A stretch of DNA of 64,000 nt from an uncultured delta proteobacterium (GCA_963848295.1 CAWKDB010000010.1:3328001-3392000), one strand, 5' to 3'. Shown: positions 20,416 through 30,667, numbered from the stretch's first letter. The notes: a model not told the origin generated them from the letters alone. Made by a program: numbers and translations.

Positions 20416-21143
20416 AGACCGTCGCGATCGTCCAAGCGCGCATGAGCTCGAGCCGGCTCCACGGCAAGGTGCTCGCCGATCTGTGCGGCGACACGATGCT
20501 CGGGCGAGTCGTCACGCGGCTGCGCGCTGCCAAGACGATCGATCGCATCATCGTCGCGACCTCGACCGAGCCGACCGACGACCCGATCGTGATCGAGGCC
20601 GGCAAGCTCGGCTGCGGCGTACATCGCGGGTCGATCGACGACGTGCTCGCTCGCTACGTCGGCGCCGCTCGGCGATTTCGCGCCGATGCCTATGTTCGGA
20701 TCACGTCGGACTGCCCGCTCATCGATCCCGGGGTCGTCGACGCGGTGGTCGCGGCGCTACCCGGCTACGACTACGCGTCGAACACTCACACGCGCACGTA
20801 TCCGCGCGGGCTCGACGTCGAAGCGTTCTACGCCGACACGCTCGAGCGGATCGGTCGACTCGCCACCTCGTCCGCCGCGCGCGAGCACGTCACGGCGTTC
20901 GCGATGGAGCGGCCCGCGCTGTTCAAGATCAACCAAGTCTGCGCCGATGCCGACGACTCCGACCTGCGATGGACGGTCGACACCGCCGATGACCTCGCGT
21001 TGATCCGCACGCTCTACGCGCGCTTCGATCTGGGTCAAACGATCCGGCCGTACTACGAAGTCGTGGCCGCGGTGCGGGCCGAACCGGAGCTCGCGACCGC
21101 GAACGCGCATGTCGCGCAGAAAGCGTGGCAGCATGTCGCTTGA
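20412..21143 (+). CDS. SpsF-like cytidylyltransferase (probable CMP-pseudaminate synthetase role)
   Basis: IVQARMSSSRLHGKVL, GSIDDVLARY, RITSDCP, REHVT, RWTVDT. Confidence 0.85.
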   Translation: MKTVAIVQARMSSSRLHGKVLADLCGDTMLGRVVTRLRAAKTIDRIIVATSTEPTDDPIVIEAGKLGCGVHRGSIDDVLARYVGAARRFRADAYVRITSDCPLIDPGVVDAVVAALPGYDYASNTHTRTYPRGLDVEAFYADTLERIGRLATSSAAREHVTAFAMERPALFKINQVCADADDSDLRWTVDTADDLALIRTLYARFDLGQTIRPYYEVVAAVRAEPELATANAHVAQKAWQHVA

Positions 21144-23049
21144 GCTGCTCGCGCGCTGGCGCCCGCTGCTCGCGGAGGTCGGCGACCTCGGTGAGGCGTT
21201 GCGCGCGGCGATCGTCCGTGGTGATGTCGTGACTGCGATCGCGGCGAATGTGGCGTTGCGCCGCGCGCGGTCCGCGCTGTCGCGGGTGGAGGCGCCGGCG
21301 AACGTCACCGGCGAGTACGCCGAGCTCGTCGCGATGCGCGATGTCGCCGAGCTGACGCTGCGCGCTCAGACCGCCGACGCGGTGATGGCGAAGTGGCTCG
21401 CCCGCCAGCTCCCCGGCGATAGGGCGTTGCTCGGCTCGGCGCTCGGCGTCGCCGTGCTCGCCGACGCGATGCTGCCGCCGGTGTGGGACTACGACAAGGA
21501 TCTCGTCGTCCTCGTCGGCACCGGACTCGAGCCGGTCGCGACCGTGCTCGCCGACCTCGGCCAGCGCCGGATCATCGTTCACGACGGCAACGACGCCACG
21601 CGCGGCATCGTCACGAAGACGAGCGACGAGCTCGTCGCCGCGATCCGCACGATGACGCCGGTCGCGCCCGACCAATTCGTCGTCCGCGGTGCCGTCGCGC
21701 TCGCGCGCGCTCAGGTCGAAAGGATCGCGGACGCGACCACCTCGGCGATCAGCGACCTACGTATTCATCGCAACACCGTCCACGCGTTCTCGAAGACCTG
21801 GCTCGAGCAGGGCGCGGCGAATCTGCCGGCGCTCGCCCAGTGGCCCTCGATCGCCGCGATCGGCGATCGGTTCGCCGGCAAGCCGATGGTGATCGTCGCA
21901 CCCGGCCCGTCGCTCGCGAACAACGTCGCGCAGCTCGGCGCGCTCAAAGGCAAGGCGATCATCACCGCGTTCTCGCACTCGCTGCGGCCGCTGATCGCGG
22001 CCGGCATCGAGCCCGATCTCGTCATCACGGTCGATCCGCAGGACGTCCAGTATCACTTCGCCGGCATCGACGTGTCGCGGATGTGCCTGGTCAACGCCGC
22101 GACCGTTCATCCGTCGCTGTTCGAGCTCCCGGCGGCGCGGTTCCTGACGCTGTCCGCGAACTCGGCGATCGACGATTGGATCTTCACCGGGGTCGGCGAA
22201 GACGCGATCGCTCCCGGCGGCGGCTCGGTCGCGACCACCGCGTTCTCGCTCGCGTTGCGCTGGAAGTGCGATCCGATCGTGTTCGTCGGTCTGGACCTGT
22301 CGTTTCCGGGCGGCAACTACTACGTCGCGACATCACACGACGGAGGAGCGCACGCGGTCGTCGACGATCGCGGGCTCGTCCGGGTCGAAGGTTGGAGCCC
22401 TGGGTTTCGCGCGATGAAGGCCGGCGGTGGCCCGCAGGCGACGCGCGAGCGCGCGATCGAGCTCCCGGCATGGAACGGCGGCACGGTGCCGTCGAGCTTC
22501 ATGTTCAGCATGTTCCATCGCTGGTTCGTCGAGCGGATGCGCTCGGTCACCGGCACTCGCGTGTTCAACTGCACCGAGGGCGGCGCGTTCATCGAGGGCA
22601 TGGATCATCGCGCGCTCGCCGACGTCGTGCCCGAGCTGGTTGCCGGTGTCGATGCTGCCTCGTTGCTCGACGACGCGATCGCGAACGTGCCAGCGCGGCG
22701 TCGCGGTCAGTTGCTCAATCACATCGCGGGTTACGTGCGCGGGTTGCGTCGGGTCGGGCGCCTCGCGCGGCGCGCGCGCGTGATGGTCAAGGAGCCGGAG
22801 CGCTTGGGCGCGGTCGAACGCGAGCTCGGCGCAGCGTTGAAGCCGTTGACGTTCGCATCGCTGCTCGCCCAACGGGAGATCGAGCTCGCCCACGATGTCG
22901 CGCGGCGCGAAGGCAGTGACTACCTCGCCGCATCGGCGAAGTTGTTCGAGACGCTCGTGCGCGTCGTCGACGATCTCCAGCTGGTGCTCGCGAGCGCGCT
23001 CGCCCGCACGCGGCCGAACAGGAAGGTGGGGCATGACCGCGCCGCGTAA
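21133..23049 (+). CDS. maf: Maf (motility-associated factor, DUF115) flagellin glycosyltransferase
   Basis: IVAPGPSL, PDLVITVD, GGSVAT, PIVFVGLDL, FNCTEGGA motifs. Confidence 0.82.
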   Translation: MSLELLARWRPLLAEVGDLGEALRAAIVRGDVVTAIAANVALRRARSALSRVEAPANVTGEYAELVAMRDVAELTLRAQTADAVMAKWLARQLPGDRALLGSALGVAVLADAMLPPVWDYDKDLVVLVGTGLEPVATVLADLGQRRIIVHDGNDATRGIVTKTSDELVAAIRTMTPVAPDQFVVRGAVALARAQVERIADATTSAISDLRIHRNTVHAFSKTWLEQGAANLPALAQWPSIAAIGDRFAGKPMVIVAPGPSLANNVAQLGALKGKAIITAFSHSLRPLIAAGIEPDLVITVDPQDVQYHFAGIDVSRMCLVNAATVHPSLFELPAARFLTLSANSAIDDWIFTGVGEDAIAPGGGSVATTAFSLALRWKCDPIVFVGLDLSFPGGNYYVATSHDGGAHAVVDDRGLVRVEGWSPGFRAMKAGGGPQATRERAIELPAWNGGTVPSSFMFSMFHRWFVERMRSVTGTRVFNCTEGGAFIEGMDHRALADVVPELVAGVDAASLLDDAIANVPARRRGQLLNHIAGYVRGLRRVGRLARRARVMVKEPERLGAVERELGAALKPLTFASLLAQREIELAHDVARREGSDYLAASAKLFETLVRVVDDLQLVLASALARTRPNRKVGHDRAA

Positions 23050-24025
23050 GCGACCGCCGCCGCGCCTCGTCGCGATCGCCGGCGGCAAGGGCGGTGTCGG
23101 CAAGAGCACGGTCGCCGCGAACCTCGCGCTGATGATCGGCCGGCTCGGCATGCGGGTCGCGCTCGTCGATGCTGACCTCGGCGCTGCGAACCTCCACACG
23201 ATGCTCGGCATGCTGCGCCCCGAATCCGGCCTGGCCGACTTTCTCGACCGCCGGATCGATACGCTCGACGAAGCGCGGCTGACGATGGACGTGCCGACGG
23301 TGAGCCTGATCCCCGGCACGTCTCGGCCGGGTGCGGCGAACATGACGCAGCAACAGAAGCTCCGTCTGTTGCGCGCGATCGCGCGGCTCGACGCCGACTG
23401 CGTGATCGTCGATGTCGGCGCCGGCACGTCGTACAACGTCGTCGATTTCGTCGCGGCGGCGGACCTCAAGTTGTTCGTCGTGACCGCGCAGCTACCGTCG
23501 CTGCACAACGCCTACGCGCTGCTCAAGGCGTGCGTCCATCGCGTCGTGCGCAAGATGGCGGACGGCGAGACCGAGCAGACGCTGATCGACTCGGCGCTCG
23601 GCAACGAGGGCAAGGCGCGGACGATTCCCCAGCTGCTCGGCGTGTTGCGCCAGTTCGATGCGAACCTCGCGGACCGGATCGTCGACGTGTTGCTGCGCTT
23701 CGGCGTCGGGCTCATCGGCAACCAGGTCAGTGACGCGGATGGCCCGGTGCTGGGCCGGATGACGACGATGATCTACGACCACCTGCTGATCCAGGCGCCG
23801 GTGATGGCGACGGTCGCGCGCTCGAGCGCGCTCGCCGGCGGGCTGAAGGCCGGTGCCGGTGTTCGCGCGAAGTCCACCGACGATGCGTTCGCGATGTTTC
23901 GCCAGCTCGCGAACACCGTGATCGAGGCCGACCTCGATCGGTTGCGCGGCACGCAGCGCGCGATGAACCGCACGATGCCGCTGTGGATGATCCGCGACGA
24001 GCTCGCCGCGGCCGGTCGCGGGTAA
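23033..24025 (+). CDS. MinD/FlhG(FleN)-family ATPase, second paralog
   Basis: GGKGGVGKS, DADLGAANL, DVGAG. Confidence 0.85.
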   Translation: MTAPRKRPPPRLVAIAGGKGGVGKSTVAANLALMIGRLGMRVALVDADLGAANLHTMLGMLRPESGLADFLDRRIDTLDEARLTMDVPTVSLIPGTSRPGAANMTQQQKLRLLRAIARLDADCVIVDVGAGTSYNVVDFVAAADLKLFVVTAQLPSLHNAYALLKACVHRVVRKMADGETEQTLIDSALGNEGKARTIPQLLGVLRQFDANLADRIVDVLLRFGVGLIGNQVSDADGPVLGRMTTMIYDHLLIQAPVMATVARSSALAGGLKAGAGVRAKSTDDAFAMFRQLANTVIEADLDRLRGTQRAMNRTMPLWMIRDELAAAGRG

Positions 24026-24027
24026 GC

Positions 24028-24729
24028 CTATTCGGCGTCCCACGGGTTCGTGGCGGTCGGCTTCGCGAGCTTCGCGATCGAAGCGTGCGTGATGCCTTTG
24101 AGCGGCGCGGTCTTGCCGTCGGCGAACGTCAGCGTGATGTCGAGATCGACCCCGGCTTCGAGCAGATCGGGCGAGTAGTTGTCGACGCAACCGAGCCGGC
24201 CGATCTGGATCTGGCCGTCGACGACCGGAACGTCGAGCTCGGTCCATGCCGCCTTGTCATCTCGCCGGAGCTTGACGTGGGCGGAGACCGCGGGCACGTC
24301 GACCTTGATCGCGAGGCCGTCGAACACTTCGTTCACGGTCGAGTGCGGGATCTTCGAGTGGTAGCGGTTGGTCGTGGCATGGGCGTCGTGGCTGAGGTTC
24401 GTAGCGGCGACCGTATAGTCGTGCTTCGCGCCGAGCCACGTCAGCTCGAGCGCGCCGGTGCGGTCGCTGTCGATATCGATGACCGCGAACCGATACGGCG
24501 CCGAGCTCGCCCGGGTGAGCTCGACCTTGACGGGAGTGCCGTCGATCGTCGCGGTCGGCGCCGGCTCCATCTTGCGCCATGCCTGCGTCGTGAACGCGAC
24601 GATCCGCGCGTGCGGTGGAATCGTCGCGCCCGGCTTCGGGACCAAGCCGCTGCCCGCGTTGCACGCGCTGTACGCGTGCGCGGTGTGCGCGCTGGCCACG
24701 GCGATCGCGAGGGCGAGCAGGAGCTTCAT
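24028..24729 (-). CDS. Secreted hypothetical protein
   Basis: Signal peptide MKLLLALAIAVASAHTAHA; TAGACT 6 nt upstream of ATG. Confidence 0.7.
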   Translation of the reverse strand: MKLLLALAIAVASAHTAHAYSACNAGSGLVPKPGATIPPHARIVAFTTQAWRKMEPAPTATIDGTPVKVELTRASSAPYRFAVIDIDSDRTGALELTWLGAKHDYTVAATNLSHDAHATTNRYHSKIPHSTVNEVFDGLAIKVDVPAVSAHVKLRRDDKAAWTELDVPVVDGQIQIGRLGCVDNYSPDLLEAGVDLDITLTFADGKTAPLKGITHASIAKLAKPTATNPWDAE

Positions 24730-24775
24730 GCGCGCAGTCTACCGCCTCGCCAGCACGAGGCGAGTGCCCCGCTGG

Positions 24776-25318
24776 CTACCGGCCGGCTTGCCGAGCGATC
24801 GCGACTTGGAACAGCGCCTCGCCGATCGTGAGGTACAGCTCGCCGCCGGTGACCGCGAGATCCCAGCGGTTGACACGATCGAGCTTGGCCGCGACGCTGT
24901 CGAGCCAGGCCTCGGGCAGCGCGACGAGCTCGATGCGCTCGGGCTTGAACACGCCGCGCTCCGCGATCGCTTCGAGGATGCCGGCCGGATCTTTCCAGGT
25001 GTAGACGACGACTCGCGGCGCGGCCTTCGTCGCCTTGTGCAGGCGATCCGCGGTCGGAGCACCGATCTCGATCCACGCGACGAGATCGCCGCGCAGGTCG
25101 CGCTGGACGAGCGCCGGCTCTTCGTCGTCCGACACGCCACCCTTGCTGAACTCGAGGCCCTCGCCGTGCTCGAGAGCGCGCGCGATCACGCGGGCGACGA
25201 GATAGCGCTCGCTCTCCGACGGATGCTGCGCCACCCGCAGATCGAGTGATTCGTAGCGATCGCGGTCGGCGTCGGCGAGCGAGATCTCGAAGCGACGCAT
25301 CGTCGCCGACAGAGCCAT
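24776..25318 (-). CDS. yaeQ: YaeQ family protein
   Basis: MALSAT, AQHPSES, EFSKG, DEEPAL, WIEIG.P, RLHKA. Confidence 0.9.
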   Translation of the reverse strand: MALSATMRRFEISLADADRDRYESLDLRVAQHPSESERYLVARVIARALEHGEGLEFSKGGVSDDEEPALVQRDLRGDLVAWIEIGAPTADRLHKATKAAPRVVVYTWKDPAGILEAIAERGVFKPERIELVALPEAWLDSVAAKLDRVNRWDLAVTGGELYLTIGEALFQVAIARQAGR

Positions 25319-25327
25319 CGCGCGACG

Positions 25328-26347
25328 TTACACCAGCAGGGCTTGCTCGACCACGCGATGGGCCCCGTCGCTGTCGGCGGTCGCGAGCGCGCGGTGGCGC
25401 TGTTCGGCGCGGCCGTGATCGTCTTCGAGGAAGGCTTCGAAGTCGGCGCGCAGCGTGTCGTCATCGACCTCGCACCACTCGCGGCCACCGGAGATCATGC
25501 CTTCTTTGAGCTGCTGGCGCGCCGGCGCGACTTGATCCGCGGCGATCGCGTAGGCGAGCGCGGGGCAGCCGAGATAGGCGAGCTCGCCGAGCGTGCCACC
25601 GGCCGACGTGATCGCGGCATCGGCGCTGACGAATAGCTCGCCCGGATCGGCGGGCGACCGGCGAATGTCGACGGTGTGACCGGCTTGGACCGCGATCTCC
25701 GCCGCGTCGCGCAGCGCCTCGTCGCCGCGAAAGCCCGGGCCGGCGATCACGACGAGCTCGAGCGCGCGCCCGGCGGGCAGGGTGAGCAGCGTGCGCACCG
25801 TCGCCCCGACCGGGTCGCTGCCGCCGAACGTGACGATCACCCGCAACCGCTCCGCCGACATCGGCCGGCACGAGCCGCGCGTGTAGCGCCGGATGCACTT
25901 GCCCAACATCAAGTAGCGCCGGCCGAGCAAGCGCTGCCGGGCGAGGTAGGTCGATGACAGCGACGGCGCATGAAAGTTGTGGTTGACGATCGCGGAAACC
26001 GGAAGCCGGCAGCCGCCGTTGTCATCGATCACGACGGTGCGCATGCGGTGCTCGATCAGCTTCGGCGCGATGGTCTCGGCGAGATGCGGGCCATCGATCG
26101 CGACCGCGACCGCGTGCTCTTCCACGGCGATTTGCCAGATCTGGGTCGGCGTCCACTCAGCGACTCGCGCTTCGATCTTGCGATCGCGCGTCCACGCGAT
26201 GACCGCCTCGTGATCGCCGCCGAACAAGGCGATCGGCTCGGCGCCGGCGGCGGACACCTCCTCGATCAGCGCGCAGATCCGTGCGACGTGCCCGAACCCG
26301 ATCTCGTGCGAGGCATCGGCGCGGAACACGACGCGCGGCGCGGTCAT
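25328..26347 (-). CDS. pseG: PseG/SpsG-like UDP-sugar hydrolase
   Basis: FRADASHEIGFGHVAR, VTFGGSDP, ITSAGGTLGEL. Confidence 0.8.
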   Translation of the reverse strand: MTAPRVVFRADASHEIGFGHVARICALIEEVSAAGAEPIALFGGDHEAVIAWTRDRKIEARVAEWTPTQIWQIAVEEHAVAVAIDGPHLAETIAPKLIEHRMRTVVIDDNGGCRLPVSAIVNHNFHAPSLSSTYLARQRLLGRRYLMLGKCIRRYTRGSCRPMSAERLRVIVTFGGSDPVGATVRTLLTLPAGRALELVVIAGPGFRGDEALRDAAEIAVQAGHTVDIRRSPADPGELFVSADAAITSAGGTLGELAYLGCPALAYAIAADQVAPARQQLKEGMISGGREWCEVDDDTLRADFEAFLEDDHGRAEQRHRALATADSDGAHRVVEQALLV

Positions 26348-27357
26348 GCGACCCGTTCGAGCATCTGGCGCGTCTCTTCGAGCCCGAGCCGAGGCTCCGC
26401 GATGTCACTCGAGTAGACGAAGTCTTCCGGAACCGGCGTACCGGGGCGGATCCCGGTGAGCGTGCGATGGAACTGGAACTCGGGCCAGATCACCATGACC
26501 TCGCCGAGGTCGCTCGTCCGCCGCGCTTCTTCGACCGAGATCAGGGTCTCGTGCAGCTTCTCGCCGGGTCGGATCCCGACGGTGGTGCGCGGGACGCCGG
26601 GGGCGAGTGCTTCGGCGAGCGTCTCGATGTCGCTCGCGGCGAGCTTCGGAATGAAGATCTCGCCGCCGGCCATCAGCTGGAGGCCGCGCAGCACGAGCGC
26701 GACCGCATCCGACATCTCGATCCAGAATCGCGTCATGCGCGAGTCGGTGATCGTCAGCGCCCCGCGTTGCTTCTGCGCGCGAAACAACGGGATCACGCTG
26801 CCTGCTGAGCCCATCACGTTGCCGTAGCGGACGCAGGAGAACCGGGTCGCGCGATCGCCGGAGTAAGCGTTCGCGGCGATCAGCAGCTTCTCCATGCACA
26901 GCTTCGTCGCGCCGTAGAGGTTCGCCGGCGAGACCGCCTTGTCGGTCGACAGCGCGATCACGCGTTCGACGCCGCACGACATCGCGGCTTCGATCAAGTT
27001 GCGCGCGCCGTTGACGTTGGTCTGCACGGCCTCGATCGGGTTGTACTCGCAGATCGGGACGTGCTTCATCGCCGCGGCGTGGACGACGATATCGACGTCG
27101 CGCAGCGCGGTCTGCAGGCGATCGCGGTCGCGAATATCGCCGACGAAGAACCGCAGCCGGCGGTCACTGATCTGGCGCTCCATCATGTAGTGCTTCTGCT
27201 CGTCGCGCGAGAACACGATGACCTTGCGCGCGCGGCTGTTCAGCGCCGTCTCGACGAACGCCTTGCCGAACGAGCCCGTGCCGCCGGTGACCAACACCGA
27301 ACGATCGTCGAGCACGGCGGGCGAGGCAGAGGCGGCGAGGCTGCTGGGCATCTTCAT
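26344..27357 (-). CDS. pseB: UDP-GlcNAc 4,6-dehydratase (inverting)
   Basis: TGGTGSFG, SRDEQK, HAAAMKHVP.CEYNP, STDKA, YGATK, RYGNV, GIRPGEKLHE. Confidence 0.92.
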   Translation of the reverse strand: MKMPSSLAASASPAVLDDRSVLVTGGTGSFGKAFVETALNSRARKVIVFSRDEQKHYMMERQISDRRLRFFVGDIRDRDRLQTALRDVDIVVHAAAMKHVPICEYNPIEAVQTNVNGARNLIEAAMSCGVERVIALSTDKAVSPANLYGATKLCMEKLLIAANAYSGDRATRFSCVRYGNVMGSAGSVIPLFRAQKQRGALTITDSRMTRFWIEMSDAVALVLRGLQLMAGGEIFIPKLAASDIETLAEALAPGVPRTTVGIRPGEKLHETLISVEEARRTSDLGEVMVIWPEFQFHRTLTGIRPGTPVPEDFVYSSDIAEPRLGLEETRQMLERVA

Positions 27358-28514
27358 GGCTGATCTCCGAGAACGCGGTGGAGCTCGGCGACGACGTGGA
27401 CGACATCCTCGTCGGTCATCGCGGGAAACATCGGCAGGCTGAGCGTGCGGGCGTAGTAGCGAGCGGCGCCCGGGCGCTGACGAGCGAGCTCGCCCGGGCA
27501 ACGCGCGCGATGCAGCGGATGGTCGTAGAGCGGCACGTAGTGGACCTGCGTGCCGATCCCAGCCGCCGACAGCGCGGTCATGACGTGCGCCCGCGTCGTG
27601 GCGAACCGCTCGAAGTCGATCGCGACCGCGAACAGGTGATACGCCGAGCTGCGGTCGGCGAATTCGGCCGGCGGCGAGACCGCATCGCCGAACGTCGCGG
27701 CGAGCGCGCTGCGATACGCACCGGCGAGCTCGTGGCGGCGCGCGACGAACCGATCGAGCTTCGCGAGCTGCGAGATGCCGAGCGCGCATTGCAGATCGGA
27801 CAGCCGATAGTTCCAGCCGAGCTCGGCGACCTCGTAGACCCACGGGCCGGCGGGCGGCGCCGACATCTCCGCCGGATCGCGCTCGATGCCGTGTTGCCGC
27901 AGCCGGTCGACCCGGCGCTTGATCGCGGCGTCGCGCACGATCACGGCTCCGCCTTCGGCGGTCGTGATGTGCTTGACCGGGTGGAAGCTGAACACCACGG
28001 CGTCGGACGCGCCGCTCCCGATCGGCCGGCCGTGATACTCGGCGCCGAGCGCGTGGCATGCGTCTTCGATCAAGCGGAGGCCGCGGCGGTGCGCGAGCGC
28101 GACGAGCTTGTCGAGGTCGGCCGGCTGGCCGCCGAGGTGCACGGCGGTGATCGCGCGGGTGCGAGGTCCGATCAGCGCCTCGACCGAGGCGACGTCGACG
28201 TTGCCGGTGATCGGATCGACGTCGGCGATCCGGACCGTCGCGCCGACGTAGTACGCCGCCGCGGCGGTCGCGGAGAACGTGAGCGGCGTCGTGATGATCT
28301 CGTCGCCGGCGCCGATGCCGAGCGCGGCGTAAGCGAGGTGGAGCGCGGCGGTCCCGCTCGAGCAGGCGCTCGCGAACGGAGCACCGACGCGCGCGGCGAG
28401 CGCCGCTTCGAACCGCGCGACCAGCGGGCCGCAGGTCAGGAACGGGCTGCGCAACGCGTCGACGACCGCGGCGATATCGGCCTCGTCGATGAGCTGGCGG
28501 CCGTAGGGGAGCAT
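27354..28514 (-). CDS. pseC: PLP-dependent aminotransferase PseC
   Basis: MLPYGRQ, SSGTAALH, IEDACHA, FSFHPVKHITTAEGG, QVHY. Confidence 0.9.
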   Translation of the reverse strand: MLPYGRQLIDEADIAAVVDALRSPFLTCGPLVARFEAALAARVGAPFASACSSGTAALHLAYAALGIGAGDEIITTPLTFSATAAAAYYVGATVRIADVDPITGNVDVASVEALIGPRTRAITAVHLGGQPADLDKLVALAHRRGLRLIEDACHALGAEYHGRPIGSGASDAVVFSFHPVKHITTAEGGAVIVRDAAIKRRVDRLRQHGIERDPAEMSAPPAGPWVYEVAELGWNYRLSDLQCALGISQLAKLDRFVARRHELAGAYRSALAATFGDAVSPPAEFADRSSAYHLFAVAIDFERFATTRAHVMTALSAAGIGTQVHYVPLYDHPLHRARCPGELARQRPGAARYYARTLSLPMFPAMTDEDVVHVVAELHRVLGDQP

Positions 28515-28528
28515 GCGAGCCGAGGAAT

Positions 28529-28544
28529 TGCGAGGCTCGGGCCA
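28529..28544 (-). promoter_or_regulatory. sigma54 promoter of pseC-pseB-pseG
   Basis: TGGCCC-GAGCC-TCGCA; -12 C is 16 nt before ATG 28514. Confidence 0.65.
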
Positions 28545-28616
28545 GCGCGGCGTCCATAGATCCACGGAGTTGCGGATCTGCGTCGATGTAGGCCGTCGCC
28601 AAGCCTGACGGCGGCG

Positions 28617-28892
28617 CTAGCGGACGCGGCTGGCGTAGGCGCGCAAGCCGCGTACGCCGATCTGCTGGCGGGCGAGCTGCTGGCGAGCGGCCGAGAGCGC
28701 GGCCTGCCAGGCGTCTTGTCGCTGTTCGAGCTCGCCGAGCTTGAGCGCGTCGGGTGTTGTCCGCTGCACGGTCGCGAGCGCGGTCGCGCGGGCGGCCGCG
28801 ACCTCCGCGGCAGCTGCGAGCAGCGCCGTCACGTCGCCGGTGGCCGGCGGGTAGGGAGTCGCGGCCAGCAACCGATCGATCGCGTCGGTCAT
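28617..28892 (-). CDS. Small helical protein at the fliT position
   Basis: ATGA overlap with fliS; helical sequence ending LRAYASRVR, as FliT-type chaperones often do. Confidence 0.55.
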   Translation of the reverse strand: MTDAIDRLLAATPYPPATGDVTALLAAAAEVAAARATALATVQRTTPDALKLGELEQRQDAWQAALSAARQQLARQQIGVRGLRAYASRVR

Positions 28893-29263
28893 CGCACCAT
28901 CTCGTGCGCACGGCGAAAGCCATCGCCGAGCGTGCCCATCACGCGCTCGCAATGGGCGAGCGGTTTGACGTCGAGCTTCGAGTTCGCGCGCGCGAGCTGG
29001 TCGATCACGAACCGATACAGCGCGTCCAGGTTCGCGCACAGCTCGGGCGCGGCACGGTGATCGAGCGCCGAGCGTAGTTGCACGACGATCTGCGTGGCAT
29101 GGTCGAGGGCTCGGGCCTTGCTGCCGATGTCGCGGGCCTCGATCGCTCGGCGCGCGTCGGTCAGATCTCGCGCGAAGCGCTCGAACAGGCGCTCGACGAT
29201 CTGAGTCTTCGGCGCCGACTCGAGATCGACGGTCTTGTACAGGCGTGCGGCTCGGTTGCTCAT
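28889..29263 (-). CDS. fliS: Flagellin chaperone FliS
   Basis: Y..VDLESA, LRSALD, ELCANLDALY, LARAN. Confidence 0.88.
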   Translation of the reverse strand: MSNRAARLYKTVDLESAPKTQIVERLFERFARDLTDARRAIEARDIGSKARALDHATQIVVQLRSALDHRAAPELCANLDALYRFVIDQLARANSKLDVKPLAHCERVMGTLGDGFRRAHEMVR

Positions 29264-29274
29264 GGCGGATCCGA

Positions 29275-30648
29275 TCACGACGATGAAGAGGACGACGAGG
29301 AGGTCGAGTTCGATGAAGAGGACGACAGCGACGATGATGTGCCGAGGAGCTTCGAGACCTGCGTCGCCTGGCTGTTGAGCGCCGACATCGCGGTCTCGAG
29401 CGCGTTGAACTCGTCCTGGAGCCGCGTCTGCAATGCGGTCGCGTTGTCTTCGATCTGCTGGATCTGCGACTGCAGATCGGTCGAGCGATCGGTGTAGCTC
29501 TGACTCTTGGTCGTCAGGATTCCTTCGGTCGGGTCCGAGTACGCGTTCGTGAGCGACACGAACGTGTTCGACAAGCCGCTCGTGACGAACAGGTCTTGCA
29601 GGGCGTTCGGGTTGTTGTCGAGCGCGGTGTCGAGCGTCCCGCGGTCGAGCGACAGCGTACCGGTGTCGTCGATCGTGAGCCCGAGATCCGCCATCGAAGC
29701 GGTGCCGAGCTGCTGCGTCACGAGTCCGGTGAGAGATGTCTTGAGTTGCTCGAGCGTCGAATCGCCGAACAACGTGTCGGTGCCGGCGGTCGTCCCGGTG
29801 TAGTTCAGCTGCGTATTGAGCGATGACATCACCGCGTTGTAGTCGCTCACGAGCGTGCCGAGCTGGCTCGCGATCGCGTCGTGATCGACCGAGACCGAGA
29901 CCTGGGTGTCGGGATCACTCGCGGCCTGGGTCGATACCGCGGTGATCGTGAGTCCGGGCAACGCGTCGTCGATGACGTTGGTAGGCCGGGTGACCTGGAT
30001 GCCGTCGACCGTGACGATCGAGTTCTGGGCCGCGACCTGGACATTCGAGGGGTTCGACAGCCCGAGAGCGTTGCCGGTCTCGGTGAACGTCGGCGCGTTC
30101 GCGGTGCCGGTCTGGTTCGCGTTGACGAGGAGCCGGTACGTGCTGCCGTCGTACAGCACCGATGCGGTGACGCCGCTGTTGGCGTCGTTGATCTTCGAGG
30201 CGATCGTGTCGAGCGTATCGGTCGAGTCCCACGTGATCGAAGCGGGCGTGCCGCTGCCGGTCTGGATCGTCAGGCCGCCGGAGCCGGCGACGCCCGCGGT
30301 GTCGGTCGCGAACGTGCTCGATGACGTGACCTGAGCTCGCGCCAGCTGATCGACGCGGATGTCGTGAGACGTCGCGGGGGCGTCGCCAGAGGCGGCGACC
30401 GTGACATGGCTGTCGCTCGCGCTCGCGGTGCGGTACTGGACGTCGGAGTCGAGCGTCATGCTCTCCATCAACGTGCCGAGCGCACCGAGCTGCGAAGAAA
30501 TGTTGTCGACGATGCCCTTCTGGCTCGACAGATCCGATTGCTCGGACTGGAGCTGTTGTTCGGGGACCTTCTCGGCCGCGACGAGCGAGCTGATCAGCGA
30601 GGACGTATCGAGTCCACTCGCGAGGCCGGAGAAGGTAACCGCAGGCAT
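29275..30648 (-). CDS. fliD: Flagellar filament cap FliD
   Basis: FSGLASGLDT, VDQLARAQ, KINDAN.GVTAS, F.ALETAMSALNSQ; poly-Ser tail. Confidence 0.92.
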   Translation of the reverse strand: MPAVTFSGLASGLDTSSLISSLVAAEKVPEQQLQSEQSDLSSQKGIVDNISSQLGALGTLMESMTLDSDVQYRTASASDSHVTVAASGDAPATSHDIRVDQLARAQVTSSSTFATDTAGVAGSGGLTIQTGSGTPASITWDSTDTLDTIASKINDANSGVTASVLYDGSTYRLLVNANQTGTANAPTFTETGNALGLSNPSNVQVAAQNSIVTVDGIQVTRPTNVIDDALPGLTITAVSTQAASDPDTQVSVSVDHDAIASQLGTLVSDYNAVMSSLNTQLNYTGTTAGTDTLFGDSTLEQLKTSLTGLVTQQLGTASMADLGLTIDDTGTLSLDRGTLDTALDNNPNALQDLFVTSGLSNTFVSLTNAYSDPTEGILTTKSQSYTDRSTDLQSQIQQIEDNATALQTRLQDEFNALETAMSALNSQATQVSKLLGTSSSLSSSSSNSTSSSSSSSS

Positions 30649-30667
30649 CGTCTAGCTCCTTCGAGAG

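Noticed and set aside
19464..28923. Apparent long fusions 19464..21143 and 26344..28923 (also 34468..36432)
   Set aside because: The N-terminal extensions are shadows of upstream genes; real starts (20412, 27357, 35238) overlap upstream stop codons.
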